Assembly (NCBI RefSeq): GCF_033153115.1
Contig: NW_026889779.1
Coordinates: 16,678,001-16,742,000 of the forward strand
Length of the DNA: 64,000 nt
Direction of reading: 5' to 3'
DNA from: Saccostrea echinata
Taxonomy: Eukaryota
This document shows, in pieces, positions 40,327 to 53,500 of the stretch. Under the pieces are notes generated by a model. It was not told where the DNA came from, made no database searches, and saw nothing but the letters and a program-made list of their open reading frames with translations. How positions within the stretch are numbered: the stretch's first letter is position 1; every line of letters begins with the position of its first letter. A program made the position numbers and the translations under genes.

Positions 40327-43300
40327 AACATATTGACCTATAAATTTAAGAACATGAAGATGACCCCTCCCTCTTCCGCCTTTGATATTTAGCAAGAAAG
40401 AAAAACAGAACAAAATCATATTTCTTTTACCAGTTTTCAATAAGTCAAAAAGATTTAAATCGACTAACTGAAGGTTCGTATTTATTACGACACATAAAGC
40501 CCTCTGTGTTTAAGTATGATTTGATTCCTTACCGAGTCTGTTGGAACGTCTCTGTTTCACATAGATTTTAAATGAAATATGGCTAGACTTTTTATGATAC
40601 TTACGTATAGATTATATTACACAACACTCATTTCGATATCCCACGCAAGGCCCGAAAATATTCTTATAAGACAAGAAAACCAATACTGAGAGAAGTAATA
40701 AAAAAATCTTACTGAAAAATTGATATGGGGTCATTTGTTTAAAAACGGTAAACGAGAAAGTTAATTGAAACTAAAGTTATATGTTTATGCAGTTTTTAAT
40801 ACAGTTGAACGCTCATTTAACTTCTAATTCTAGCCAAATAAAGCGCCTCGCTTTGAACTGATATGTTATTTTGAATACAAAGCAATGATTGAAGTGCCAC
40901 GCTTTTGACAGTATACATGTATATTTAAGGATAATCCTCATTATAAATTGCAATCGTTTCTCAAGATGCTTGAATTATACACGATCTCCTATTACTGAAA
41001 AAATGGAGGGGGGAGAATTGGTCATCAGTAGATAACTGCACAAGGAGAAATAAAATGCTCTTGGAAAGCTCTCTTTCCCGACGAACCAATTTTATGACGT
41101 CAGATCACTGCCAGTCAAATCAGACTCGGGGCTATAAAACTTAGGTGAGCTCACTTTTTGATCTCAGTCTCACTTTTACAAAAGAAATTTATTGTGGAAA
41201 TCAAAAATATCCCTTTTTATGACGTCATAAAGCTGTATACTGAATTTCCAATGCCCAACTATCTTAAGCATTTGTGACGAAAAAATGAAGGCTAAATAAA
41301 ATTAACATAATTATTTATAATTTAATAATTTCTTTTTATAAATAAGGCTTTTATGAGATAGGAAAAGTCTCCTTTTCCACCACAAGGTACCAGTCTTTTA
41401 TTTGACACTTTGCTTGGGATATAAAATACAGATGTAAAGTTCAAATGAAAATGTAAAAATAAATTCTTGTCATATACTCGTACATATAAACTCTTGTGTA
41501 TATTATGTGTAAGTGATTAAATTTATAACAGCATACGCTTCATCTGACATATTTTCTATCTGTTTAAATATGTATTATGACTACTTTAAGGTAGCATGTA
41601 AATATTTATTGCTTATAATGATATCATAATTATTGCCTCAAACGGATAACCCTCATGTGATAAAAAATCTGTGCGTCGAGTTGGTCATTGTTAAAGATGA
41701 ATGAATCTAGATGAGTCACGTAAAAAAAAAGAAAATTAATTATAGTGAACACATTTGGAAACTAGGACCATATTTGATGATAATAGGAAATCAGACGCTG
41801 TGGGTGTCAAAAACCACAGCACAAGTTATCACCACACCCTCTGCCATATCACAGTGTCTCGTCATTTTGCTCTGGGGTGCACTCCAAAAAGCCATTGTCC
41901 TGCTTGTCTTCTCGACAACTGGACAGGTACTTATTCGCATACTTTTAGCAAGAATACTTTGTTTAAAGGACAATTTTATATTGATGAGAAATTAAAAATA
42001 TGCTGTACTAACGATCTTTCTACAGAGTCAGCAATTACGATAACTAATAAATTAAAAAAAAAATCTCCAGCAGTTTCGTCAAAGATGGATTAATATGGCT
42101 ATAGCGCCAGAAGCAAGTTGACCTTGACAACAAGGGTCAGTGGGAGTTGTCCATTTTTCACCATCTGTGAGAGCCTGGGGCTACGTCACGCTTGTCGTCG
42201 GCTTGATGACATCATTTGAGTAAAGCGTTTTACGGACATGTTTTTGGCGAGATGATTTACGACAGTGAACCTTAAAAATGTGTCGACGTAAAATTCAGGT
42301 GGCAAAATATTTCTTTTATATTCCTCATTACGACGAAATCGAGGAAAAATTTTAAATTTGGAACAAAAGCATAAGTGTTTCTTTTTCTAAATTGTTAAGG
42401 AATACTTACTTAGAAATAGATAACACAGTAGATGTAGAGTATATGTAAAATAGAATATTGTGAATACAGAAGTTGGAATTTAGTTCAGAGAAGTAAAAAT
42501 TGAAACACTCCAAAATAAACATAAGTTCAATCTATTCCTACATGTATGTTCTTAGCAAAAACATACATTGTATGTATAAAGACGTGCGTCCCTAAGTATT
42601 TAAAACGAACTATTATAGTTTTTACCTCCAAGACAAATCAAGATCTTTCAGAATGATATTGGTATAAAATTATCAATATCTGACACGGAAAGACACGGGG
42701 CTTCCATGAACAGTTATATATATACTCTCCCGAAAGTCCTATTAACATAAATGAAAAATGAAGCCGTTCCTCTTTATCAGAGTGCTTGCCTTGTGGACGG
42801 GTTAAAAAGGTTTGCCTTGGGAAACTGGCTATCAGAGGCGATTCCGGATCAGTTAAGGTTACAGTCATAATTCCACTCTGCTGGTTTTATGAACATAAGA
42901 ATGACAAATATCCCTTCTTCAAACGTTAAAATGCCACTCAGAATCAATGTCCAAAAGAGTTAGAGATCTTGTGTGCGATAAAAAAGGTTTAACTTTTTAG
43001 GAAGCTTGGGTTGGTTACCTTAAAAAAATAACAACACAGAACTTAAGTTTGAAAGGCTTAATTTATCTATTTGTTGTTCATAAATAGCACTTCTTTAAAA
43101 GGAGTAATCTGGATCTTGAAGCTGAAATAATACATATGCAACACGAACTTATTTTTTAAAATAATATATTACATATTTACATACTCGTATATGAGTGTTC
43201 CAGAAAGCAATCTTTAGAAAATCAACAATTACAGTACATGTACATGTAATATCCCTTTTAACAAAGTTTTGTATATCCGATTCGCTTTATATGCTCCCTG

Positions 43301-46300
43301 TGTCATGAAGAATACTTGTATATTATTTTTTTTTTAAAGATGAAATTTGATCAAGAACTAATCAAGTGTCAGAATCATTGACATTTCAAAGTTTAATGGT
43401 TTTCTTTCCATTTACTGTATATTTGTTTTATACGCAAAAATAAAGAATCCCCACTAGATGAAAATGAGGTTAATTCATAATTAATAATTGATCAATGCTG
43501 TGATACAACTAGATTAAACTTAATGTACTATGTTAGTAAATATGATGCGTGTAGGATGAAGCTAACCCCTCTTCATTATTTATACTTTAAGGCTTGGTTG
43601 ATACATCTAGGTAACCAAACGTCAAAAGGGTTACCAATAAATCAGGAATGTAGGTCATCTGGGTGGTCTATAGAAACTGTTTTTACATTCTCTTTTTTTC
43701 AGTTCATAAACTTCAGCTACATGTGTACTTCAATGCAAAATTCAGATTCTAAACTTCTTAATTCTTGCAAGGGCTATGTTACATCCATTCTGCTGGCACG
43801 TAGTACCGAAAGAGGTGGGGACCCCCCTCACTTTTTCCCAAACATAATCTTTTACTGTTGAAAATGTTCATTGAAAGGTCTGCAACCCACCTTTGGGTTG
43901 CAGTATATTATCCCTTGGTAGTATGTTAGCAAAATTTGTTTGTGAAATGACACTCCACCCAAACTAGGATTTTCGAGTTTGGACAATTTACCCTCTTTTA
44001 CTTGTCAAATATTTTTCGGGTAAGTTGTCAAATAGTTTTTTTTTCTGGTTGCCCCTTCCCCCTTCAAAAACGATATGTGCTTGTTCTATTGTATATAAAC
44101 ATACCGTAATAATATGTAGCTCCTGCGTCTGAACACACTGGACGTAAAGGACAACTAGTCTACGTCACACATGTTTACTGGACAAGTGAGGGTGTGTTGT
44201 CAAATCTGTACAGTAAATGTCATGCCTACCGAGTGAATCAAGTGATGGTATTTTGTTATGTTCCAGAACATCTCGATCTTTCCCCTCCATCTTCCTCCCA
44301 GGTGTGTTCTACTTATTATTTCGTAACAGAGTGCAAGTGTGATGCAAAGGAATTCAAACTTTCACGAAAGCCCTCCGGATTTGCAAGAGAAATTTGTTTT
44401 CTCTACTGGTATAAAAGATGAAATAAAGATATGCACGATATCAACTTTATATACAAATTTATTTATTTACGAATTTTACTCAGTAAACATAGACCCAAGT
44501 GTGAATGTAATGCACCAATGCAAGAATTCCAGAATAGACATGGCTATACCATCAGCAAAATGCTGATATCGTATGGGACATTACCATTGTTGAACGAACA
44601 AAAACTGGAGCAAATCTGGTACATATATATTCAGATCAAAGTGGAAAAAGTATAAAAGAAGTTGCATACAATTCTGTTTTGACGTAATATTTGTTTTACA
44701 AGATTGCAGAAACCAAGCAATAGTTGGCCACGGTATTTGTTTAGTTCCCAATATTCCCCCTCTTTTGTTCCTTCGGGATGAGTTTGATTCTACCCCCGCG
44801 TTTCAGTTCTGCACAGAGAATAATATGAATTATTTGCTCTTGACAGATGCTGGGTAAAAATATTATTTAGGAAATGATTTTTGATTCTTAACAGTTTCTA
44901 GTTCTATAACATACATTGAATATTTTATAATAATATGTACATGCAAATACTTAAAATTCGTAAAATTCGAGCAAATTATATTTTAATGTATACATATACA
45001 TACATGTACGTTTTTCCTTAGGAAGATCTTAACACACGCTACTGTTTTCACCAAAATAAAAAGAGCTGGAATGAGAGACAATATACAGACCTTCATCAAA
45101 TAAAAGGGTCTAAAATGCCAAAACAAAAAGTGCTGATTTATTGCTCACAAGCATGAATATTGCATTTTAATGCACAGATACTTCCAGAAAAAGTTGCCAG
45201 TAATGCTATTGTCTAAGAACAAACTGTTTTATGAATCGACATTTTACATGACCTCATAAAGAATTAAAGACATTGACCGTTTATAATGATCAGAATGTCT
45301 ACTATGGGAAAAAAGTCAATATCTTAATGTAAGCAGTGAAATGTATATTAATTTCCAATTTCCTTTCATGGTGCAGCCATTAATGGGAGAAAAGCATGAT
45401 ATTATTATAAGAAAAGAACTCGCGCTGTTTTAACTTATAGCAGTGTTATATAACTATCTCTCTCCGAAATTACGACAGATTTACTCTAAAATTACATAAT
45501 TATTTTTTTTCCAGCACAATGAAATGCAATAATTACAAAGTTTACTCAAGGGGGGTTCTTTTCCATCTCTACGTCCTATAGATCTAGTGATTATTGAGTA
45601 TAAGATAAAATAACGTGTAAAGACAATTCTATGATTGCACTTTAAGAAATAATTGTGCAAAGAATGCCTATTATTGGATTTTCAAGACAGAAGACAGTTC
45701 TGCAATAAAGATTCGACAGCTTTGTTAAGAGAATTGCAGCATATTATATGAAAATTACGAAAATTTAATATGATGAAAAAAATGTTGCCAAAAATGTTCT
45801 TGCAACCCTACATAATGAAACACAATATTGTTTTTTCAGCCAAAATTTGTCTAATCAAGGGTATTTTACTATAATAATGATACAGTATAGGATCACATAT
45901 AATTGACCTGAACCCAGTAATCTGAGGAATTTTGACTGCGATGCACAATGAAGCAGAATCATCAATTCCTTAACAATAATTTCATAGAAGTCGTTATCGA
46001 TTTTATAGTTGGCATTTTCTTTTCACTATTATAGTCATTATACAATAGGTGTTTGCATCAATTATTCATAGACCCTGAACTTAGACGAACTTCATTCAGA
46101 GATCATATCCCGATAATAAACCTGCCCCATTTTGTTAGCTACATGTATTACATTAAGTGTATTTCACGTCCGCAATGGGCCTTGCATATCGTAGCAGTTT
46201 GTCCCCATATGACTTTGCTAGCTTTAGTCGACTCGGCCCAATAGATATATTTCAAAGAAATATTGTTCTTGTGTATTAATACACACACAATCTGTATTCG

Positions 46301-47408
46301 AAGCATAGAATCATTTTTTGGAAATTTTTGTTTTTAATTAACTATCATCCAATTCAAGTTGCAGTGTACATTGATCAATGCCTTGCGAGACCAAATTGCA
46401 AAATCCTTGAAATTTTCATTTTTCCAGAAAAATAGAAAAAATTATTATAATGCAAAAAGAGGAAGGTAGCTTAGTTATTAAAAAAATAATGTTTATTTTC
46501 TCTATTCGTATACGGTCTGAATATTAAGGGAGTACAAAGGTGAACTAGGTAAGGGCTAGAGAAGTGGGTCCTTATTCAATTTCTTTTAATAAGCTGATAT
46601 AGAAAACGCCTACATCCACACATTTTTCTGTCAACCAAAATACAAACAAACCGTAAGAGATCGATAAGTTTTGCTCTGTCTGAGAGCGGCCGACCAAAGA
46701 GATTAGGGAATGTAGTACTACACATATTCTGATCAAGCGATCGTAAATTCTAATGACAGGCTTAGTCCAAGTCGGCAATAGAAAACGGGACCCACTACAG
46801 TGCATTTTAATTCATTCATAAAAGCTTTGCCACGGTTGAGTCATTTCTGTTTACGCCGCGTATACTGAAAATATGACTTGGATGTATTAATTTCAGTCTG
46901 GTATATCAAAGGACATGTTGTGAAGCTGGACGACTTACGCCCCAGGCTGAGGAGTATCCGTACGGTAGGTATGTGATTAACATCAGATCAATGTTCTGGA
47001 AGCTGCCTTCTGTCATTTTTCTTGGTAGACAAACGTTCCTTTGCCGGTATCACGATAGTAAAATGCCGACATAACGTTTTTGTTATATTTATTCATAGTG
47101 GGTGTTACCAAAGCCGCGATTTTATTTCCATATATAGAAGTAGCCGTGCCCCAGATAAGTGACTATCGTAAATTTTTACACTAAGTGTGTAAATTTGGAC
47201 ATTTATTTATATTATCAATACATACATGTTTTCGGACAGCCAACTTTGGCCACGTGATTTCTGAAGCCAATCCTGGAACAGTTGATAAATTAGTGTAGCA
47301 AGCCTGACATAATATATAGAAGAGCTGCAGGTACGATCCGCTATCATTTGAAACTGTAGTGTGGAAGTCAAAAGTGAGCTGTAGCTGCAAGGCTAATACT
47401 GTATTAGG

Positions 47409-47415
47409 TATATAA
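47409..47415 (+). promoter_or_regulatory. TATA-like box ~120 bp upstream of the IF start codon
   Basis: TATATAA followed by GG; position relative to ATG 47534. Confidence 0.4.
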
Positions 47416-47533
47416 GGCACCTTGTTCTAGCAAATCGGCCTTTTTAATTTGTGCAACCAACCTTGCTGCATCCCACAAGGGAAACCTGCTTTCACTTTGC
47501 CTTTTGTCAATTTGTAGGAAATAGTTCTTCGAC

Positions 47534-50500
47534 ATGTCTCAAACCAGGGAAACGGTCACTGAGAAGAGGACGGTGATCAAGTCATCTTCTGGGTCCCATG
47601 GAGGATACGATATGAAACCTTCTTTAGATGAACATTCGGACATTAGCTTTAAGTCCAGCATCACCCCGCGCCGAAGCAATGTAATCCATAGGTCCTCAAC
47701 AGGCCCCGGAATTAGACAGAGCTTGGGAGGAACCAGTAGTGGGGGTACTACATATGTGAGGACCGTGGAATACGGCTATGGATCTAAAATGGATTCCGGG
47801 TTGGGACCAGGAGGATACGAGAAGGTATCCTCTACAGGGGTATCCTCGGTGAAAAACAGTCGTGAAAGGGAAAAGAAAGACATGCAGGAACTGAACGAAA
47901 GGTTCGCTAACTACATCGAAAAAGTGAGATTTTTGGAAGCCCAGAACAGAAAGTTAGCATCGGAATTGGAGACGCTGAGAGACAAATGGGGACAGGAAAC
48001 AAGTGCTGTGAAACAAATGTATGAATCGGAGTTAGCTGAAGCCAGGAAACTTATAGACGACCTTACCCGCGAGAAAACCAATCTAGAGATCAAGAACCAG
48101 AGTTTGCAAGAGCAGATGCAGGACATGCAAAGACAGTAAGTCAAATCATTAAATTAAAGGTCAAATGACATCTAAAAAGTTCAGCCAAGATCACATGTAA
48201 ACAGTCTAATAAGTTAGTGTTTGCTCTCTCTCCTGTTCAAAAGCCATATATCACTTTAGCTATATGATTGAAGTCATTTGACAGTTCCGTCATTAGTGTG
48301 TAATTCTCAAGTATTTCTGACAGAGATATCCTTTGATATTTCTTTACCCCTATTAATATGAATATTTTATGAATTCAAAATTAAATGTTGCAATTCCTTT
48401 TGAGTTAAAAAAAAATTCCAGGAACAGCTGATTTGTAGGACCAAAATACTTGAACAAGTAAAAGTTTTAAAAGGCAAAGCACTTCACATTTGTGGGGGAA
48501 AAAAACCCTAACATTTATAACTACAGGTAAACCTTGAGATATGTACACAGTTGTGTTCGCTAACCCTTAAAACACCTGGGTATTGGTAACACTTTCCTAC
48601 TATGGTGTATTGTTATATTACCTAACAATACAAAGTAAATACCCATTTCTATTCATCCGATTTAGACGGTCACAATCCATTGTAGCCTGTTGTTCGTTTT
48701 CATTCGAAGTCTAACCTGTGTCTAATAGTCAATAAATTAGTCATTCGGGGGAACTGAACTGCAGGAAGTGGGTGCAGAGCTGCCTACCATATTATCAGAC
48801 GGTGACCTTCGGAAATCACTCTTTTTAAATAATGATAACATAAAAAGAAGACAGTTGTTTGATCCGACCTAAAAATCTTTGGCATGATTTGTAAACATAT
48901 GTAAATGACACAGCCTTAGACTTAATAAATTCCTCCGCAATCTTCAAATAGCACCAAAACCGGTTATTGTAGAAGCATGTTGTGAACTTCGTAACGTTTT
49001 GATGGGTTTATTCGCTTATTAAGCATTCAGGCTATTAAAAGCCACATGCCAAATATTAGATAAATATATCCCTCAATGATCTATACAGATACAAATTACG
49101 ATTTAAAATATATCAAGAAAATGTGTAATTAATTACATAATTAATTTTCTTATGTAAAACAAGTAAAACAACACGTGTTCTTTTCCCTTCCTTCCACCTC
49201 CGTCCTCTCCTCGCCCAGGGGACAGTTTTCTGATGCCGTTATTAATGGGACTGGGCCTCCGCATTCATTTATCAAGGCGGACCCTGCCTGACGGTGTCAG
49301 TCCTGTATGTAACTGATGTAGAGGGGTGTCCTACTGCCAACGCTTCAAAGTAATGCATATTGCTTTAGAATCAAGGTGTCAAGAGGCGACCCCTATAAAA
49401 ATTGTAACATGATAAAAGTGAAACTCAGGCGACCTGATATATTGCGTGTTTATTATACTCAATTTTTTCAATTCTACTCTTTCAAGTTGTGTTTTACGTA
49501 GTTTAATATGCTTTACAATACATGTGTATTTTGTCTTATTTTTTGGTTATTTCAGAGAAACACTTTTAGATAGCTGCCATCTTTTGGTTTAGTAAATATT
49601 TCAAAGTCGCACTGGCCTTTATATACATTACGTATTTGTTAAATGTACATTCATGCCCATGGGGTTAGAAAAGGTAATTCGAATCGGACAAAATCAAAGG
49701 AAATTAGATGATAATACTTATTCAACGTATAAAGAGTAAACAACAACTTCATATTAAAGTTTTGTAAAAGGACTTTCACTAAAAGAAAGAGGTTTACAAA
49801 GTAAATGCAACAGAATTAAGGTTTAGTTAAACGTTGCGTTTTCATTTGAGTAGTAAAAGCACTGGTTTTAAAATCTTCAAAATAATTTCATTTAAATTTC
49901 TCAATTACACAATCAATTATGAAAACCCAGAGACCGTGAAAGCAAAACTGAGTTACAATATTCGTTAAAAATGAATGTTCGCCACAAAAATAAGATTTTA
50001 AAAAAAGGGAAAAGCAAAAATTAAAAGAAGTTTATTTACATTTCCCGATAATGCATTCAGACCTGGATTTGTATTTTTACATAGTTATGCTTCAATTGTT
50101 CCTGTTTAATGTCACAAAGTTTAACGAAGCGTTAACAAACTCCCAATTTGTCAGACTCGCTAGTGATTGCATCGATCCCGTTATACTCAGACTAGCGTAA
50201 AAGCAGTCCAGTCGATGCCCCTAGCTACACCTTGTGTACAGAGTGGAATCTATGATTCTCTAAAGCGCCACCTGATAACGATGAAATTAAGATAATGATG
50301 ACAATAATCGTGTCAATTGCACCATAAATCGGAGTCCCGGGGGTATCAATGACCTGTGCTGTACACTGTATATAAAAATATACAGGTGAAACTTTTTCCC
50401 CACCGTGAGAAACCTTTATTACACCTGAAAACATAATCGAATAATTTGTCATTTCAAAAAAAAAAATCTTAATAAATTCCAAATAAAATTGGTTTTATTA

Positions 50501-53500
50501 CTGCATATCTTGAAATTTGACATTTTTATTTTATAAGTAAATCAGAAATTAAAAATACACCCATGGTGGTCTTGTAAAATGAAGGCAAAATACAATTAAA
50601 TGGTTTTCAAGATTACTAGTGACTCAATTTCCTCATGGCCTTTCTTCTTTTTCAAAAGGTTGGATGATGCCAAGAGGTACCGCAACCAAGACAGGGACAC
50701 AATCGCCAGACTGAACCAACAAGTATCTGATCTCGAGGCGGAAGTGAACTTACTTCGTCGTACCGTGGACTCCTTGGAAACCGACAGAAACCGTGACCGT
50801 GACAGAATCAAGAGTCTGGAAGCCGAGGTCGACCGACTGAGACTGGTGAGTACGATAAAAATTCACAGAAAAAGCTCTTCCTTCGGGGGTAATTAGTACT
50901 ATAGTCAAATACAAGTTTGATGAATATACAACATACAATTTTTACTGCACATAAAGCCTATAGTTAGCATTCATTTGTGCATTCTTATGTCTTAACCCCT
51001 GTTTGAATTTACTTTCTACTTCACTACGATTAAATGTAATTTCCTGTACTTGTGCTTTGTTTTATGGTAAAACAACGATACAGACTCCATTACTATTTGC
51101 TGCAAAGCCCAAAACACGAGACAGACGAAGTAAATTCGCTTGGTATACTTGTACTATTTTTGGATTTTTACATTTATGTATTATTTATTCACATTTTCAC
51201 CTTAAACCCCATATCCAGCAATTATTTTACGATCTTTGAATAATCGCATTGGTGATTTGGCAATTCCCAGCCCAGACGTATTGAACTAGAGGAGCCTGCC
51301 AAAAACGGAAGAAGTAGATTTATAGGATAGCTATCACTCAGTTCAGACAAACTCTTAAACAAACAGGATAAACTAAACACATTAATTCATCCCCGATTAT
51401 CAGTTATATGATATATTGAATTTATTACTGGTAAAATAGATTGTAATAAGACTGTTTAGAGAATGCACTGGGTTACTTTCCCCTCTCCATATATCTCAAT
51501 ATACATGCTTAAATAAAGATGGGGTTAATGCATTAAGCCCAAGAGTGGGAGAAAAATATTTTAAAAAATTCTCAGTCATTTTCTAAATTGTTGAATAATA
51601 TCCAGAAGTTTGTATGTTTCACTAAGCGCTAAACATCTACAGAATTATTGTTCGTCTGCACAACATACCCGGATGTATCAATCAATCTGAACAACAGTCG
51701 TCAAAGTCGAGGAAATGGACCGGCGACTACATCCGAACTATTCATTACTATTTGTATAGCCTCTGCTTCGTATTCTAGTCGTTTCCAAGTCTGTTTGTGA
51801 TTATTGGTCGACTTTGTTGATCGAAGATATGCTGCCGTCTTATTATTAGGCCTATATGCAGTCTGTTGTTTCATAGAAATGGGGACTTCATCAGAAAGTG
51901 TCGACGGCCTTTCATGATCAGACGAAGATTACGGGGCAAAAGGTCAACTTTTTTATCGCTAAAATGTGAAGAAATTTAATGTTATTGATTCCAAATACAT
52001 GTATTGCGAGGATTAGCGCGTAGATATAGAACCAAGCTTTATTTCCAGGCGGAAAACGATAAAAGTAAAGTTATAATTTTCAAGCATTAGGGTTAATGGG
52101 GAGAAACCCTGGTACATCATTTAGGAGATGAAAAAGTTCCATATTCCCTAATTAAATCACACAAATAAGGCATTCGATGTAGTTTCGATGTTTGTTTTAG
52201 ACAACAGTAATTGAAAACTGTTGATGGTGCATGGGCGCGTATTTTAAGTTGATTCACTTATTCAAGCTCTGTTAAGAGAGGAATAAACGTGTACTCTACA
52301 AGATTTTAAAAAATGAAATGACGTCATTTGAAATAATTTGAAAAGAAAATGACCAAAACCACATTTTTGTTATTATTTCAGGACCTGAACAACGAAACAT
52401 TGGCCCATTTGGACGCTGAGAATAGAAGACAGACTCTTGAAGAAGAGATTGAATTCCTCAAAAAGGTTCATGAACAGGTGCGTTATTGATTTAAAATGCT
52501 GCATAAAAAAAGTTCGAATTTTGAACAACTGCAGGACAGACTTGAAATACTGAACAAAATAAGGGACTTATTCCCATGGTTTAATATGGTTCCTTGAACA
52601 TGTTGCTTTCCTTTGTAAATTTTTAAGAGTCATGATATCACTTTCAATATGCAGGCGTAATAAATGATACATGCTTTACTAGGCATTCAGTGTACAATGA
52701 ATACGATACTAGTATTCGACAAGAGAAGCTCAAGTTACTTAAGAAAACTATATTTTATTGCACATTAATGCAAGATATTACAGTGTCAAAAGACATTATC
52801 ATAATCTTATTCGCGCTGATTGCCCATTTATACATGCTTATGTCGCCAATTATAGGAATTGAAGGAGTTGGCTGCCCTTGCTTATCGTGACACAACAGAA
52901 GAGAACCGCGAATTCTGGAAATCCGAACTTTCTCAAGCCATCCGTGACATCCAAAAAGAGTATGATTCCAAGGTGGACCAGATCAGAGGAGATATGGAGG
53001 GTTTTTATAACCTCAAGGTAAAGGTCATTTAAATGTTTGGTCAGCAAGACCAATTTCTTATGTCCACTGTTTATTTATAATCACAGTGTTTATACAGAGT
53101 GACAAAAATGATGACCTTTTTGCAGATTCAAGAATTCCGCACTGGAGCCACTAAACAGAACATGGAGGTAACCCACATCAAGGAGGAGAACAAGAAACTA
53201 TTGAAACAGATTTCTGACCAGAAGGGAAGACTTGCAGATCTAGAAGCAAGGGTAAGTGTGATAGATATATTTCATTAGAAGACTCAGAAGTGATTTTTTT
53301 AATAAGATGTTTAAACTCAATTACAGATATAATTGTAATAAATAAATATTGTATTCTCTAGAACGCCTTGCTGGAGAAACAATATCAAGATCTCCTGCGT
53401 GAATACGAAACAATTGAATCTGAGCACACTATTGAGACTACCAGACTTAAGGAAGAAATCACTAGTCTTAGAACTGAGATGGAAGGTATCTTACAAGAAT

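Noticed and set aside
44266-44620. Short exon-like segments with CKCD/CECN motifs
   Set aside because: The plausible splice join creates a stop; no start, signal peptide or family match is evident.
51861-51900. Minus-strand CTGATGA...GAAAC hammerhead-like core
   Set aside because: Stem II does not pair and no convincing stems I/III were found.
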